A stretch of 64,000 nucleotides of DNA from an uncultured Latescibacterota bacterium (GTDB lineage: Bacteria > Latescibacterota > UBA2968 > UBA8231), in NCBI GenBank assembly GCA_951813615.1, contig OX638377.1, forward strand, positions 5,055,739-5,119,738, read 5' to 3'. A program made the position numbers and the translations under genes. The notes beneath the pieces are model-generated. The model ran no database searches and was not told the origin of the DNA. It was given only the letters and a program-made list of their open reading frames with translations. Of the stretch, positions 1 through 10,377 are shown one piece after another; the stretch's first letter is position 1; each line of letters starts with the position of its first letter.

Positions 1-479
1 CAGAAGCGGTCAAGATGGTGATGGATCTCAACTATCTAAGCGCCGTCCTGCCCTCGCAGGCCGTGGGCCGCGTCTTCGCCGCTAAAGGCGATGGAGCGGT
101 CGTCAATATCACCTCCATCGGCGGGGGCTTGCCGCTGTCGCGGGCCTTGGCGTATTCCAATGGCAAGGCTGCGGCCGATAGTTTCACCCGCTGGTTGGCC
201 GTACACATGGCCACGACCTACGCGCCCAAAATCCGCGTCAATGCCGTGGCTCCGGGCTTTATGATTACCACGCAAAACCGCTTCCTGCTCCTCGATGAAG
301 CAAGCGGCGAGCTGACCGACCGCGGCGAGACCATTCTCAAGAACGTCCCCATGGCCCGCTTTGGCGATCCGCACGAGGTCGTCGGCGCGGCCCTGTGGCT
401 TTTTTCGGACGCCGCCACATTTGTCACCGGTGCCATCGTGCCTATCGACGGCGGCTTTTCCGCGTTTTGCGGCGTATAG
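1..479 (+). CDS. SDR-family oxidoreductase, 3' part (5' end lies outside the window)
   Basis: The frame is open to the window edge. It has the YSNGK (YxxxK) catalytic motif, NAVAPGF, and the C-terminal FVTGAIVPIDGG SDR signature. Confidence 0.85.
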   Translation, partial: EAVKMVMDLNYLSAVLPSQAVGRVFAAKGDGAVVNITSIGGGLPLSRALAYSNGKAAADSFTRWLAVHMATTYAPKIRVNAVAPGFMITTQNRFLLLDEASGELTDRGETILKNVPMARFGDPHEVVGAALWLFSDAATFVTGAIVPIDGGFSAFCGV

Positions 480-506
480 ACCAACTTATTCAATCAGGAG
501 TTCACT

Positions 507-2180
507 TTGCTACCCGATATCGAAATCGCCCGCCAGACCTCACTCCGCCCCATCGACGACGTGGCCCCCCAGCTCGGGGTCGGCTCCGAACACCTCGAAC
601 ACTACGGCCGCGTCAAGGCCAAGATCTCGCAGGAATTCTGTCAGCAGTTCGAAGACGCACCTACCACCGGCAAACTAATTCTCGTCTCGGCCATCAACCC
701 GACTCCAGCGGGCGAAGGCAAAACCACCACTACCATCGGCCTCGGCGACGCGCTCAACCGCATTGGCAAGCGCGCCACCGTCTGCCTGCGGGAGCCTTCG
801 CTGGGGCCTTGCTTCGGCATGAAGGGCGGCGGCGCGGGCGGCGGCTACGCTCAGGTAGCGCCGATGGAGGACATCAACCTGCACTTCACCGGCGACATCC
901 ACGCAGTCTCCGCGGCCCACAACCTACTCGCCGCGGCCCTCGACAACTACATCCACCACGGCAATGTGCGCCGCATTGATCCCCGCCGCATCGTCTGGAA
1001 CCGCGTCCTCGACATAAACGACCGGGCACTGCGCGATATCGTCATCGGGCTAGGGGGGACCGCCAACTCCTTTCCGCGCCAATCGGGGTTCGACATTGCC
1101 GTGGCCTCGGAGGTCATGGCCATCCTCTGCCTGTCCGAATCGCGGGCCGAGCTCAAAGAGCGGCTCGGTCGGATCGTCGTCGCCCAGACCCGCTCCCGCG
1201 AGACCGTTCGCGCCGAGGATCTAGCCGTCCACGGTGCCATGGCAGTGCTGCTCAAGGACGCCTGCCAACCCAACTTGGTACAGACCCTAGAGGGCAACCC
1301 GGCGTTAGTCCACGGCGGCCCTTTTGCCAATATCGCCCACGGCTGCAACTCCATCGCCGCCACCCGCCTGAGTACGCGCCTCTCCGAATACACCGTCACC
1401 GAGGCTGGCTTTGGCGCGGACTTGGGCGCGGAGAAATTCGCCAACATCAAGTGCCGCCAGAGCGGTCTAACACCCGACCTCGTGGTGTTGGTAGCCACGG
1501 TGCGCGCCCTCAAATTTCACGGCAGTGCTTCGCTCAAAAGCATCGCCAAGCCCAATGTCGGAGCAGTTGAACGAGGCGTCGAAAACCTCAAGAAGCACAT
1601 CGAAAATATTCGCCTCTTCGGCTTGCCCGTCGTCGTCGCGGTCAATGCCTTTGCCACGGATACCGATGCCGAAATCCAGTGCATCCGCGACAAGTGCGCC
1701 CACCTCGGCGTTGAAATCGTGCCCGCACATCACCACGCCCTCGGCGGCGCAGGAGCCGAAGACCTCGCCCGCACCGTAGTGCAGGTGGCCGAAAACACGC
1801 AGAGCGACTTCCGGCTGCTCTATCCCGACGACATGCGGCTGTGGGACAAGGTGCGCACCGTCGCCCAAGCGATCTACGGCGCCGACGACATCATGGGAGA
1901 CAAGTTACTGCGAGGCAAGTTCCGGCGGCTGGAGGACGAAGGCTACGGCAACCTGCCCGTTTGCATCGCCAAGACCCAGTACTCGCTCTCGACCGATCCG
2001 GGGCTCAAGGGGCGGCCGCACGGCTTTGACGTGCCAATCCGCGACGTCAAGGTCTCGGCCGGGGCTGGCTTTGTGGTGGTGCTGACGGGCGATATTATGA
2101 CGATGCCCGGCCTACCGAAGAAGCCCTCGGCCGAGTCGATTGATCTCGACGAAGCAGGACAAATCAAAGGGTTGTTCTGA
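507..2180 (+). CDS. fhs: formate--tetrahydrofolate ligase
   Basis: 557 aa. It has the P-loop [15 protein letters not shown] and is full-length FTHFS-like throughout (KTQYSLS near the C-terminus). AGGAG lies 6 nt upstream of the TTG start. Confidence 0.96.
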   Translation: MLPDIEIARQTSLRPIDDVAPQLGVGSEHLEHYGRVKAKISQEFCQQFEDAPTTGKLILVSAINPTPAGEGKTTTTIGLGDALNRIGKRATVCLREPSLGPCFGMKGGGAGGGYAQVAPMEDINLHFTGDIHAVSAAHNLLAAALDNYIHHGNVRRIDPRRIVWNRVLDINDRALRDIVIGLGGTANSFPRQSGFDIAVASEVMAILCLSESRAELKERLGRIVVAQTRSRETVRAEDLAVHGAMAVLLKDACQPNLVQTLEGNPALVHGGPFANIAHGCNSIAATRLSTRLSEYTVTEAGFGADLGAEKFANIKCRQSGLTPDLVVLVATVRALKFHGSASLKSIAKPNVGAVERGVENLKKHIENIRLFGLPVVVAVNAFATDTDAEIQCIRDKCAHLGVEIVPAHHHALGGAGAEDLARTVVQVAENTQSDFRLLYPDDMRLWDKVRTVAQAIYGADDIMGDKLLRGKFRRLEDEGYGNLPVCIAKTQYSLSTDPGLKGRPHGFDVPIRDVKVSAGAGFVVVLTGDIMTMPGLPKKPSAESIDLDEAGQIKGLF

Positions 2181-2208
2181 GCCCGCAAACTATATAGGAC
2201 GACGCACC

Positions 2209-3579
2209 ATGTCACTATCAAAGCACCTAGAATCGTGCTCGCTCGAACGCATCACCAAGATGAAAGATGTGGTAGTGCAGGAGATCGATAGAATCGACCG
2301 TCAGCTAGTCGAGCAAGAACAAGAACTCGGCGCAATGATCGAAAAGGTCGAAACGGTCAGTTTGGTCAAACGGCACGGCCAATACGAACTGAGTCTGGAT
2401 AAGGCGGAAGCGCAGATCACCAGATTGAACGACGAAAAAGAGAAATTGCAGGACAAGGTCCGCGTCATTGAGCAGGCGCGGCAAAAGAAACACCTGATGG
2501 ACGAGCAGGCCCGAGTACTGGGCAGCGACGCGAGGGTGAAAGTCAAAGACCTGATCATCTTTTTTCTCATACTTTTTCTGATCGCAATCCTCGGCATCGA
2601 CTTCCTCGGCATCGGGGCCACAGGTACCGGTGCTACGGCAAAAGCCGAAGTAGTAGAAGGCCGGATCCATCGAATAAACGTTCTGAACGGGGGACAAGGG
2701 TATGAGCGGGTGAACATTCACCTAGCGGATGCAGAGGGGTCTGGTGCGCTTGTTTCTGGACAGGTCGTTGAGGGCAAACTAACACAAGTGGACGTCATCC
2801 ACCTCGGCGAGAACTACACAAATCCCGTCGTGGAAATAGAACCCCATTTTTCCGTCGGCACGCTGTGGATATTCTGGATCCTCGACTTGATATGCTGTAC
2901 CATTTTCATGGCCAATTTCTTCTTTGAACACCGGCTTGCCGCTTCCAAAAAGTGGTACTGGAAAAACAACTGGATCGACTTCATAACGTCCATTCCGCTG
3001 CCCCCGGTACAAGTTATCGCCGCATCACAGGTCGGCGACCTAGGTATCGTTCGCTTGGGGCGTTTGCTCAGGGCCGTACGAATTTTACGGGCGCTGCGCT
3101 TATTCCGCATCGCACTGTTTTTCTGGCGGGGCATGGATCACTTGAGCACCACATTGGACGTGCGGCTGCTCAAGCGGTCCCTACTGTACGGCTTGTTATC
3201 GCTCGTGTTTGGGGCCTTCATTTTCATGGGCTTGGAGCGCATGGAGTCTGGTTCGGGATTCGGGGCGAGTCTCTGGTGGAGCTTTACGACGCTGGTCACC
3301 GGCGGGTACGCCGACATCCACAATCCCGAGACGGCTTCGGGCAAAATCCTCACCGTTTTTCTGGTGATTACGGGGATGGTGCTGGTGGGTGTTTTTACGG
3401 CGACGCTGACGAGCATCCTCGTCAGCGATGAGGATTCCTTGAAGGTCGAGGAGCTAGAAGAACAGGTCGGGATCGTAACGAAAATTCAAGAAGACGTAAA
3501 AGACGTGAACGAGCGGCTAGACCGACTGGAAGATACCATCCGCGAAATCCGGGACGCCGTAAAGACGCGGGATAACTAG
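2209..3579 (+). CDS. voltage-sensor-type cation channel (ion_trans family) with coiled-coil termini and a non-canonical pore
   Basis: An S4-like helix has Arg at every third position (RLGRLLRAVRILRALRLFR). The pore segment is WWSFTTLVTGGYADI. The termini are heptad-rich and charged. I chose the ATG at 2209 because the ORF-track start at 2140 overlaps fhs. Confidence 0.75.
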   Translation: MSLSKHLESCSLERITKMKDVVVQEIDRIDRQLVEQEQELGAMIEKVETVSLVKRHGQYELSLDKAEAQITRLNDEKEKLQDKVRVIEQARQKKHLMDEQARVLGSDARVKVKDLIIFFLILFLIAILGIDFLGIGATGTGATAKAEVVEGRIHRINVLNGGQGYERVNIHLADAEGSGALVSGQVVEGKLTQVDVIHLGENYTNPVVEIEPHFSVGTLWIFWILDLICCTIFMANFFFEHRLAASKKWYWKNNWIDFITSIPLPPVQVIAASQVGDLGIVRLGRLLRAVRILRALRLFRIALFFWRGMDHLSTTLDVRLLKRSLLYGLLSLVFGAFIFMGLERMESGSGFGASLWWSFTTLVTGGYADIHNPETASGKILTVFLVITGMVLVGVFTATLTSILVSDEDSLKVEELEEQVGIVTKIQEDVKDVNERLDRLEDTIREIRDAVKTRDN

Positions 3580-3584
3580 CGGCT

Positions 3585-5240
3585 TCAGACTAACTTTTCT
3601 CTCGCTTCCAAGACTTTTGCCACTACGACTTCGACGTCCTTTTCATCGACAAACGGCGACACGATAAAGGACTTCAGCGCGACAATCGGTTCTTGGTATT
3701 GGGTGTGCCGATAGCAGTCGGTCGAGGAAAGGACGACCCCGCGTCCGGCCATGGCTTCCGCATGTACGTAGTCGAAAATTTTGCGGTTGTAGTCGTTGTG
3801 GGCTAGCAGCGTTTCCCGATAGGCCGGGTCTTCAAGTTCTTGGCGCTTGATCGCAAAAGTATCCACGTCGGGCGGATACACCCGGAAGAGCGTTACGGTG
3901 CCAAAGTTGTCGCGGTTGAGCACGGTGATGGCTTCGTGTCCTTCGAGGTGCTCGCGCAAAAGCTGGGTCATCTCGACGGTGTGCCCCAATGCGACGCGCA
4001 ATCCCTGCTCGCCGAAAAAGCGAAAATTGGCCAGCGCAGTCAGCGGGCCGGTTCCGGCTCTAGACGTTTCGAGGGTGTACATACCGGGGCGGTGGTCGCC
4101 AAAGTGATAGAGGTACGGCATCTGCTCCGGGCTGCGTATCAGTAGGTGCAAATCCGTGCGATCTTTGACGAGGACGAGGCTGGAGATATACGGGGCAAAG
4201 CCGGTCTTGTGGAAGTCGATGCCCACGGAATCGGCCAGCGCCAGATGGCGGATGCGGCGGCACGCTCCGGCGAGGGCGCGCAGGGTCCGCGGGCGAAACT
4301 CCAAGGGGTTGTCTTGAAAATCGTAGTCATTGAACACCGACCACGCCCAGCCAATGACCGAATCGGCGTGGATGTGCGGGCGGTAGGAGAGTTGGAATTC
4401 ATCGACGAGCGAGTCGCGCAAGGCCACAATCGCCTGCAAGTCGTCCAAGCCGAACGCATCCGTAGTCCCCATGGTCGCAATAATGGCGGCGATCTTTTTG
4501 CCGCTATCCAAGGCTGCCCGCGCTGCATCCGCTAGCTGCGCGAGGTCGATTTCGTTCTCAGCTAACGTCGGAATGACGATCAACTGATCGGTGCCAATGC
4601 CGAGCCAGCCGACGATGTTGTGGGCGCAGTAGTGCCCGGCGTCGGAAACGAGGACCACTACATCGTTGGGTACACCTTGGTCCATGGCCCGGGGGCAGGC
4701 TTTTTCCAGGCCGATCTTTACCCCGTAGAGCGTGGTGCCGGTCCCGCCGAAGGTAAACGTGCCGCCAGCTTGTTGTGGGTCGTAGCCAACCATCCGCGCG
4801 GTGATGGCGACCGCTTCGACTTCGGCCAAGGCGACGAGGCGGCTGTATTCATCCCAAGCGATGTTGGGGTTGTGCAACGAGGCGAGTAAGACGCCGATGA
4901 GGCTGGGGATGGTCGGGGGCGCAATGACGTTTTGTTGGGTGTGGGGATGGCTGGAGATGGTTATGCCGCGCAGGTAGCTGACGAGATCGGAGGTAACTGC
5001 CTCGACCGACGACATCTCAGCGGGCAGCTCGGCGTTTTGCGCTTCAGCAAAGTCGCCAGCAACCACCGGACCAAGCGTCGGCAACTGCATTTTCAGCGCA
5101 TCGACTTGGTCGAGGGCGCGCATGATGGAATGCACGAAATACGAATCGTGAATGGGATCGGATACCGGTTGGGGGAAGGCGCGGCGGATGTGCTCTAGGG
5201 CGTCGCGGTATGATGTAGCCATGTCTTGCGTCCAATGCAT
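3585..5240 (-). CDS. PLP-dependent group II amino-acid decarboxylase family protein
   Basis: 551 aa. It has the PLP-lysine motif DFHKTG, a GGT/GTT glycine-rich region and an aspartate-aminotransferase-fold layout. The substrate cannot be inferred. An alternative start is at 5222. Confidence 0.82.
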   Translation of the reverse strand: MHWTQDMATSYRDALEHIRRAFPQPVSDPIHDSYFVHSIMRALDQVDALKMQLPTLGPVVAGDFAEAQNAELPAEMSSVEAVTSDLVSYLRGITISSHPHTQQNVIAPPTIPSLIGVLLASLHNPNIAWDEYSRLVALAEVEAVAITARMVGYDPQQAGGTFTFGGTGTTLYGVKIGLEKACPRAMDQGVPNDVVVLVSDAGHYCAHNIVGWLGIGTDQLIVIPTLAENEIDLAQLADAARAALDSGKKIAAIIATMGTTDAFGLDDLQAIVALRDSLVDEFQLSYRPHIHADSVIGWAWSVFNDYDFQDNPLEFRPRTLRALAGACRRIRHLALADSVGIDFHKTGFAPYISSLVLVKDRTDLHLLIRSPEQMPYLYHFGDHRPGMYTLETSRAGTGPLTALANFRFFGEQGLRVALGHTVEMTQLLREHLEGHEAITVLNRDNFGTVTLFRVYPPDVDTFAIKRQELEDPAYRETLLAHNDYNRKIFDYVHAEAMAGRGVVLSSTDCYRHTQYQEPIVALKSFIVSPFVDEKDVEVVVAKVLEAREKLV

Positions 5241-5320
5241 GCAAAGGAATGAGATACAAAAGGCCGAGTACCCAAACAGGTACTCGGCCTTTATAACTTA
5301 GGATTGCCTTTCGGCGTTCC

Positions 5321-7927
5321 TTAGCGACTGTAGCTGTATTTCACGTACCAGAATGCGCCGCCAAAGCCGAATGGGCTGAACTGGCTGTACTTGTTGCCGG
5401 TCCGATCGGCGGCTAGTTCATGTTCGTCGGGATAGGTGTTGAGAATATTCTGCACGCCAATGGCGATGGCGGATTGGGCCTCGTCAAACGAGATGCTGGT
5501 TTCAAGGTCAAACAGCACCTTGCCGCTATAGGTCTGATCGTCTTCAGAGTCGTACCATTCGCCGTAGTAGCTGGCGCGACCTAGACCACTCCAACGCTCG
5601 CTCAGAGCTTGGGTCAGCGTCAAATTCCCGCGCTGCTTGGGCAGATTCTCCTCCAATTCCCGCAGCCGGAGCGCGTCTAGAACGTCCGGGTTGTGGTCGG
5701 TGACTTCGGAGCTCGTGTAGTTGTAGGCGAGGCTCAGCATCCCCGAACCTACCGGTGCCGACACAACGAGGTCAATTCCGTTGGTGGCGGAGTCGAAGTC
5801 ATTGGTGAAGAAGCGGAATTCCTGCAAGCCGGCCGCGCTGGTTAGACCCTCGTCGATTAGCTGCTGTTTCTGCTCATCGCTCAGCGCGAAGTCTTGCGAA
5901 ACCGTCAGGCGATCCTCCACCTTGATGTTGAAATAGTCGACCGTCGCACTAACGGCACCCATCTTGACGACGACGCCTCCGGAGAGGTTGACCGAATTTT
6001 CAGGTTTGAGCGCCGGCCCACCGCCATCTAAACCGAGGACCAGCCCAACTGCGCGGCTGGTCGAAGGCACGGTGCCGTTGTTGACTAGGTCGTTCTTCTC
6101 GAAGTTGAACTCGGTCGTTATGTTGAAGGCATTTTGCTGGCCAGGCGTCGGTGCCCGGAAGCCGGTGCTATAACTACCGCGCAGCTTCAGATCATCCGTA
6201 ACAGCGAAGTTAGCGGCTCCCTTGTAGTTGGTAGTGCTGCCAAAGTCGGAGAAATCCTCCGAGCGCAGGGCCAAGGAAAGCACCAGCGGATCAATCGGCT
6301 CAAAATCCGCCTCCACGTAAATGGCCGTGTTGGTGCGATCCCAGCGGCCCGCGGCCACTTTGCTGAAGCCCGAGAAACCATTAGTAGCGGGCTGGAATCC
6401 TTGGCTGGCCAACGGCTGACCGATCAGGTAGGACTCGATCTGTCCCTCCACGATCTCAAATGCTTCATTGCGACGTTCCGCCCCCGCAGCCAAAAACAAC
6501 TGGTCGCTGACCGGGTACGTAATGTCGAAGTTTAAGTTGACGTCCGTCTGGATATAGTCTCCAGGGTTGAACGATGTCGGCGTATCGGGGCCCATCGAGG
6601 CATTCACGGTGTTGAAGATGAAGTAGTCCGCGTGGTGGCGGCCATAAGATGCGCTCAAGCTCCAACCCAACGTCTCGGCCGCAAATCCCTTCAGGCCCAG
6701 AAGGAGGGATTCATCCGTGGTGAAACCGCCGAAGCGAGGCGTGAAACCACCGGGGAACATTTTTAGGAACGAGAAGCAATTGGGATCGTCGCGGACCTGT
6801 AGCCAAGCCTCCTGGTCCGGCTTGTTGTCGATTATGGGTACTGGGACGCATTCACTGCCCTGACCCACGCCGTCCAAATCGCCCACTAGCAGGGATGGAG
6901 TCCCGTCCTCGAGTTCCGGCCCCTTGAACACGCCGCTGCGGGTGTGGGGATTGCGGAAATAGAACCCGCCTTCCGTTTCCTTACTGGCGTAGTTGGCGTG
7001 ACCATAGAAGTCGAGGTTCTCGCTCAGATTGGCACCGTAGTTGGCGAAGAACTTCAGATCGTCGCGGATGAAGGGCTGCCCCCAGATTTGGGCGGGATTG
7101 GCCACATTCGTATTGCCCGCGGCAATCAGGCCCGCGGCATCGTTGCGCTGCACCGAGCGGATGGTTTCGCCCGCGTTGCCGTATTCCAAGCTGAGATTGG
7201 CCCACGCATTCTCGTTGCCCAAACCGAGATTGCCAGCGATAGAAAACAACTCGCCATCGCCGAGGATGCCATCGCCGTCTTGGAAGCTGCCGACTTTGGT
7301 CTCAATCGACAGACCATCGGAACGGTTCTTGAGGCGGAAGTTCAACACGCCGGCAATGGCATCTGAGCCGTACTGGGCCGACGCGCCGTCGCGCAGGACT
7401 TCCACTCGATCGAGCGCGATGGCCGGGATGGGCGCCAAGTCGGGGCCTTGCGCGCCATCGGCGACGCCATTGCCCAGCCAGTGAATCACCGCAGCGCGAT
7501 GGCGGCGCTTGCCGTTGACCAAGACCAGCGCGTGGTCGGGGGCCAACCCTCGCATGTTGGGCGGCCGGACGACCGTGCCCGCATCGCTGATCGGCTGGGT
7601 ATTGACGTTGTACGAAGGCACGACATTCCGAATCAGGTCTGCCAGATCCGCTCCGCCTTGCTTGGCAAACTCGTCGGCGGAAATGACGTCAATGGGCACG
7701 GGTGAGTCGGTTACGGTGCGCGATTGAGCACGCGAACCGGTCACCACCAGTTCTTCAACGTCCACAATGCCTTCGAGCATTTCTTCGTCTTCTTGCTCTT
7801 CTTCCTGCGCCGTCGCCCCGGACACAGTGCCTAGAGAAAGTGGCACAGCGATGCCAAGGGCCAAGGCGATTGGCTTAAAGCCAGATCTCCGCAGCGTAGA
7901 GAGCATGTGCAATATCATTTCGGTCAT
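5321..7927 (-). CDS. TonB-dependent outer-membrane receptor
   Basis: It has a signal peptide, a plug-domain region (VVTGSRAQSRTVTDSPVPIDVISADE), a long Gly/Asn/Tyr/Phe-rich barrel and an aromatic-rich C-terminus. AAGGAGG lies 5 nt upstream of the ATG at 7927. The ORF track extends to 7969. Confidence 0.9.
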   Translation of the reverse strand: MTEMILHMLSTLRRSGFKPIALALGIAVPLSLGTVSGATAQEEEQEDEEMLEGIVDVEELVVTGSRAQSRTVTDSPVPIDVISADEFAKQGGADLADLIRNVVPSYNVNTQPISDAGTVVRPPNMRGLAPDHALVLVNGKRRHRAAVIHWLGNGVADGAQGPDLAPIPAIALDRVEVLRDGASAQYGSDAIAGVLNFRLKNRSDGLSIETKVGSFQDGDGILGDGELFSIAGNLGLGNENAWANLSLEYGNAGETIRSVQRNDAAGLIAAGNTNVANPAQIWGQPFIRDDLKFFANYGANLSENLDFYGHANYASKETEGGFYFRNPHTRSGVFKGPELEDGTPSLLVGDLDGVGQGSECVPVPIIDNKPDQEAWLQVRDDPNCFSFLKMFPGGFTPRFGGFTTDESLLLGLKGFAAETLGWSLSASYGRHHADYFIFNTVNASMGPDTPTSFNPGDYIQTDVNLNFDITYPVSDQLFLAAGAERRNEAFEIVEGQIESYLIGQPLASQGFQPATNGFSGFSKVAAGRWDRTNTAIYVEADFEPIDPLVLSLALRSEDFSDFGSTTNYKGAANFAVTDDLKLRGSYSTGFRAPTPGQQNAFNITTEFNFEKNDLVNNGTVPSTSRAVGLVLGLDGGGPALKPENSVNLSGGVVVKMGAVSATVDYFNIKVEDRLTVSQDFALSDEQKQQLIDEGLTSAAGLQEFRFFTNDFDSATNGIDLVVSAPVGSGMLSLAYNYTSSEVTDHNPDVLDALRLRELEENLPKQRGNLTLTQALSERWSGLGRASYYGEWYDSEDDQTYSGKVLFDLETSISFDEAQSAIAIGVQNILNTYPDEHELAADRTGNKYSQFSPFGFGGAFWYVKYSYSR

Positions 7928-8315
7928 CTCGACCTCCTTAGAATTTGGTGGGAACACAACATGCAGCACATTTTATGGGGAGGGTTGTCTTCCATTGCGT
8001 CTTGGACCACCGCCTGAAAGGCCAAAGGCAAACACAACGGTAGTAGGACTTTTTTTATCGGATCTTCCTCCTTCAGAAGGAGACCGCGCTAAAGATGTTA
8101 AATAATCTGTCTCAAGTCAATATGTATTATCCATAGTGTTGGACTGGCTACAACATATTGTGTTATGTGTAATTATCCCTATAATTTGGGCTGTGGCGAT
8201 TTCGCAGTCAAAATAAAATTATTATTCTTAAATTCTATGTCAAAAACAGTGGGTTTTCTTGGTCAATTCTGCGTCCTTGTACTCGTAGTGTCATAAACTG
8301 GAAACAACCGGTCTC

Positions 8316-9239
8316 ATGCTGAATAAATTTTTCAACAAAGTAAAACAGGGATTGGCGCAGACGCGGCAGGCGATGACCGATGTGATCGCTGGCAATTCCC
8401 GTTTGGACGACGACGCCATCGACGATATCGAGGCCGCGCTGATCGGCGCTGATATGGGGCTGGAGACCGCCACTGAACTCGTCGATGAGCTGCGCGAGCG
8501 GCTCCAGAGTGGGCAAATGGCGGACGGGTCGGACGGCGTGATGCAGGTGCTGGAGGAGCAAGTCGCCGCGATGATGACCCTCGGCAATGGCGCGTCCTTG
8601 CCTCTGGCGGGCGAGCTGCCGGGCAAGCCGTTTGTCGTGCTGATCGTCGGCGTCAACGGCACCGGCAAGACGACGACGGTCGGCAAGCTGGCCAAGCAAT
8701 ACGCCGATGCCGGCAAGAAGGTGGTACTCGCTGCCAGCGACACGTTTCGGGCCGCGGCCATTCCCCAGCTCGCCATCTGGGCAGAGCGCGCCGGAGCCGA
8801 CCTGATACGCACGCAACAAGGAGCGGACCCGGCGGCCGTGGCCTTCGACGCGCTCGCTGCGGCCAAGTCGCGCGGAGCCGACGTGCTGCTGGTGGACACG
8901 GCCGGCCGCTTGCATAACAAGGTCAACTTGATGGAGGAGCTCAAGAAGATCTGCCGCTCGCTGGCCAAGCAAGACCCAACGGCCCCACACGAAACCCTGC
9001 TGGTCCTCGATGGCACCAGCGGCCAGAACGCCCTGTCGCAGGCGACCGCGTTCAACCAAGCCACCGAATTGACCGGGCTCGTGCTCACTAAGCTGGACGG
9101 GACGGCTAAGGGCGGGATCGTCGTCGCGCTGCGGCGGCAGATGGATCTGCCAGTGAAGCTGATTGGGGTGGGCGAGGGAGTGGACGATTTGCAGCCGTTT
9201 GACGCGGCAACATTCGCCCGCGCGTTGTTCGCCGAGTGA
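8316..9239 (+). CDS. ftsY: signal recognition particle receptor FtsY
   Basis: SRP-GTPase motifs are present: GVNGTGKTTTVGKLA, DTAGRL, TKLDGTAKGG. Confidence 0.95.
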   Translation: MLNKFFNKVKQGLAQTRQAMTDVIAGNSRLDDDAIDDIEAALIGADMGLETATELVDELRERLQSGQMADGSDGVMQVLEEQVAAMMTLGNGASLPLAGELPGKPFVVLIVGVNGTGKTTTVGKLAKQYADAGKKVVLAASDTFRAAAIPQLAIWAERAGADLIRTQQGADPAAVAFDALAAAKSRGADVLLVDTAGRLHNKVNLMEELKKICRSLAKQDPTAPHETLLVLDGTSGQNALSQATAFNQATELTGLVLTKLDGTAKGGIVVALRRQMDLPVKLIGVGEGVDDLQPFDAATFARALFAE

Positions 9240-9243
9240 GGGG

Positions 9244-10356
9244 TTACAGCGCAGCTAGCGCGTCTTCTAGTTCCCCTCGCACTTCTGCATCTTCTTCTAT
9301 TTCTAAGCGCCGTTCGAGCGCCCCTTTTGCCTCATCGCCCCCGAGTTGACCCAGTGCCCACGCCACGTGGCCGCGCACGAGCGACTCTTCGTCGTCGAGC
9401 GCACTGATCAGGGCTGGCACCGCGGCCTGCATACCCGAATTGCCCAAGGCCACGGCGACGTTGCGCAAAAAGCCCCGGCGCTTCGGGCGCTTGACCGGAT
9501 TGCGGCGAAATAGGGCGTTGAAGGCTGCGCGGTCGAGTTGGATCAGGTCGAGGAGCGCCGGGCTGTCGAGGCCGGCGCGGCTCTTGTACGCTGGCTCTGG
9601 GGCTGGCTCGGCCTTGCGGTTCCACGGGCACACCTCTTGACAGATGTCGCAGCCAAAGATCCACTGGCCCATGCCTTGGCGCAGGTCGCGGGGAATCGAT
9701 CCCTTGAGTTCGATGTTGAGATAGGAGATGCAGCGCTGAGCGTCGAGCACGTACGGCTCGGGGAAGGCGTCGGTGGGGCAGGCGTCTAGGCAGCGCGTGC
9801 AGGTGCCGCAGTGGTCTGGGGCGGGTTCATCGTAGTCGAGTTCGAGGTCGGTGATGATTTCGGCCAAAAAGAAATAGGAGCCTCGGCGCTTGTCGATCAG
9901 GCAGGTGTTCTTACCCCACCAGCCCAAACCCGCCCGCTGGGCGAGTTCGCGCTCTAGGACCGGGGCCGTATCGACAAAATAGCGGCCTTTGGTCTGCTCC
10001 CCAGCCTCGGCCAGCACGAATTCCCACAGCGCTGCCAAGCGCTTTTTAACGATGTCGTGATAGTCGTCGCCGCGGGCGTAACAAGCGATCTGGCCGCGCA
10101 GGGGGTCGGGGGCTGCTGTCGTGGGTTGATAGTAATCCATGCCGAGGCAGATGGCGGTCTGGGCACCGGGGACCATCTGGCGCGGATCCTCGCGCTTGTC
10201 GAGGTGGCGCTTGAGGTAGTCCATCTGGCCGGCGTAGCCCAAGGCCACCCAGCGGGCGTAAAACTCGGCCCCTTTTAGCGGGTCGGCCGGAGCGAAACCG
10301 ACCGAGGTAAAGCCCAAGGCGCGGGCCTTGTGGCGAATTTGTTCGGTCAGCGACAT
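9244..10356 (-). CDS. queG: tRNA epoxyqueuosine(34) reductase
   Basis: Two 4Fe-4S motifs are present (CGTCTRCLDACPT and CDICQEVCPWN), followed by C-terminal HEAT-like repeats (VRGHVAWALGQLG). Confidence 0.92.
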   Translation of the reverse strand: MSLTEQIRHKARALGFTSVGFAPADPLKGAEFYARWVALGYAGQMDYLKRHLDKREDPRQMVPGAQTAICLGMDYYQPTTAAPDPLRGQIACYARGDDYHDIVKKRLAALWEFVLAEAGEQTKGRYFVDTAPVLERELAQRAGLGWWGKNTCLIDKRRGSYFFLAEIITDLELDYDEPAPDHCGTCTRCLDACPTDAFPEPYVLDAQRCISYLNIELKGSIPRDLRQGMGQWIFGCDICQEVCPWNRKAEPAPEPAYKSRAGLDSPALLDLIQLDRAAFNALFRRNPVKRPKRRGFLRNVAVALGNSGMQAAVPALISALDDEESLVRGHVAWALGQLGGDEAKGALERRLEIEEDAEVRGELEDALAAL

Positions 10357-10377
10357 GCCGAACCGCGCAAGCAGCTA

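Noticed and set aside
2140-2208. The ORF-track start of the channel gene (2140) overlaps the fhs 3' end by 41 nt.
   Set aside because: The encoded extension ([23 protein letters not shown]) has no feature. The ATG at 2209 follows the fhs stop and begins the coiled-coil region.
7928-8100. I considered a riboswitch or leader upstream of the TonB-dependent receptor, for example a cobalamin or TPP riboswitch.
   Set aside because: No B12-box (GCCACTG) or TPP (CUGAGA...ACCUGA) core is visible. Only a small hairpin is present (CTCCTTC-AGAAGGAG at about 8079-8094).
8118-8160. An 8-bp inverted repeat, CAATATGT...ACATATTG, and AT-rich Fur-box-like sequence lie in the TonB-receptor/ftsY divergent region.
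   Set aside because: The arms are short and separated by 27 nt, and the match to the 19-bp Fur consensus is poor. This could easily arise by chance in an AT-rich intergenic region.
8235-9088. Two minus-strand ORFs of about 270 aa lie opposite ftsY.
   Set aside because: The plus-strand frame carries unambiguous SRP-GTPase motifs. The antisense products are low-complexity and overlap each other.
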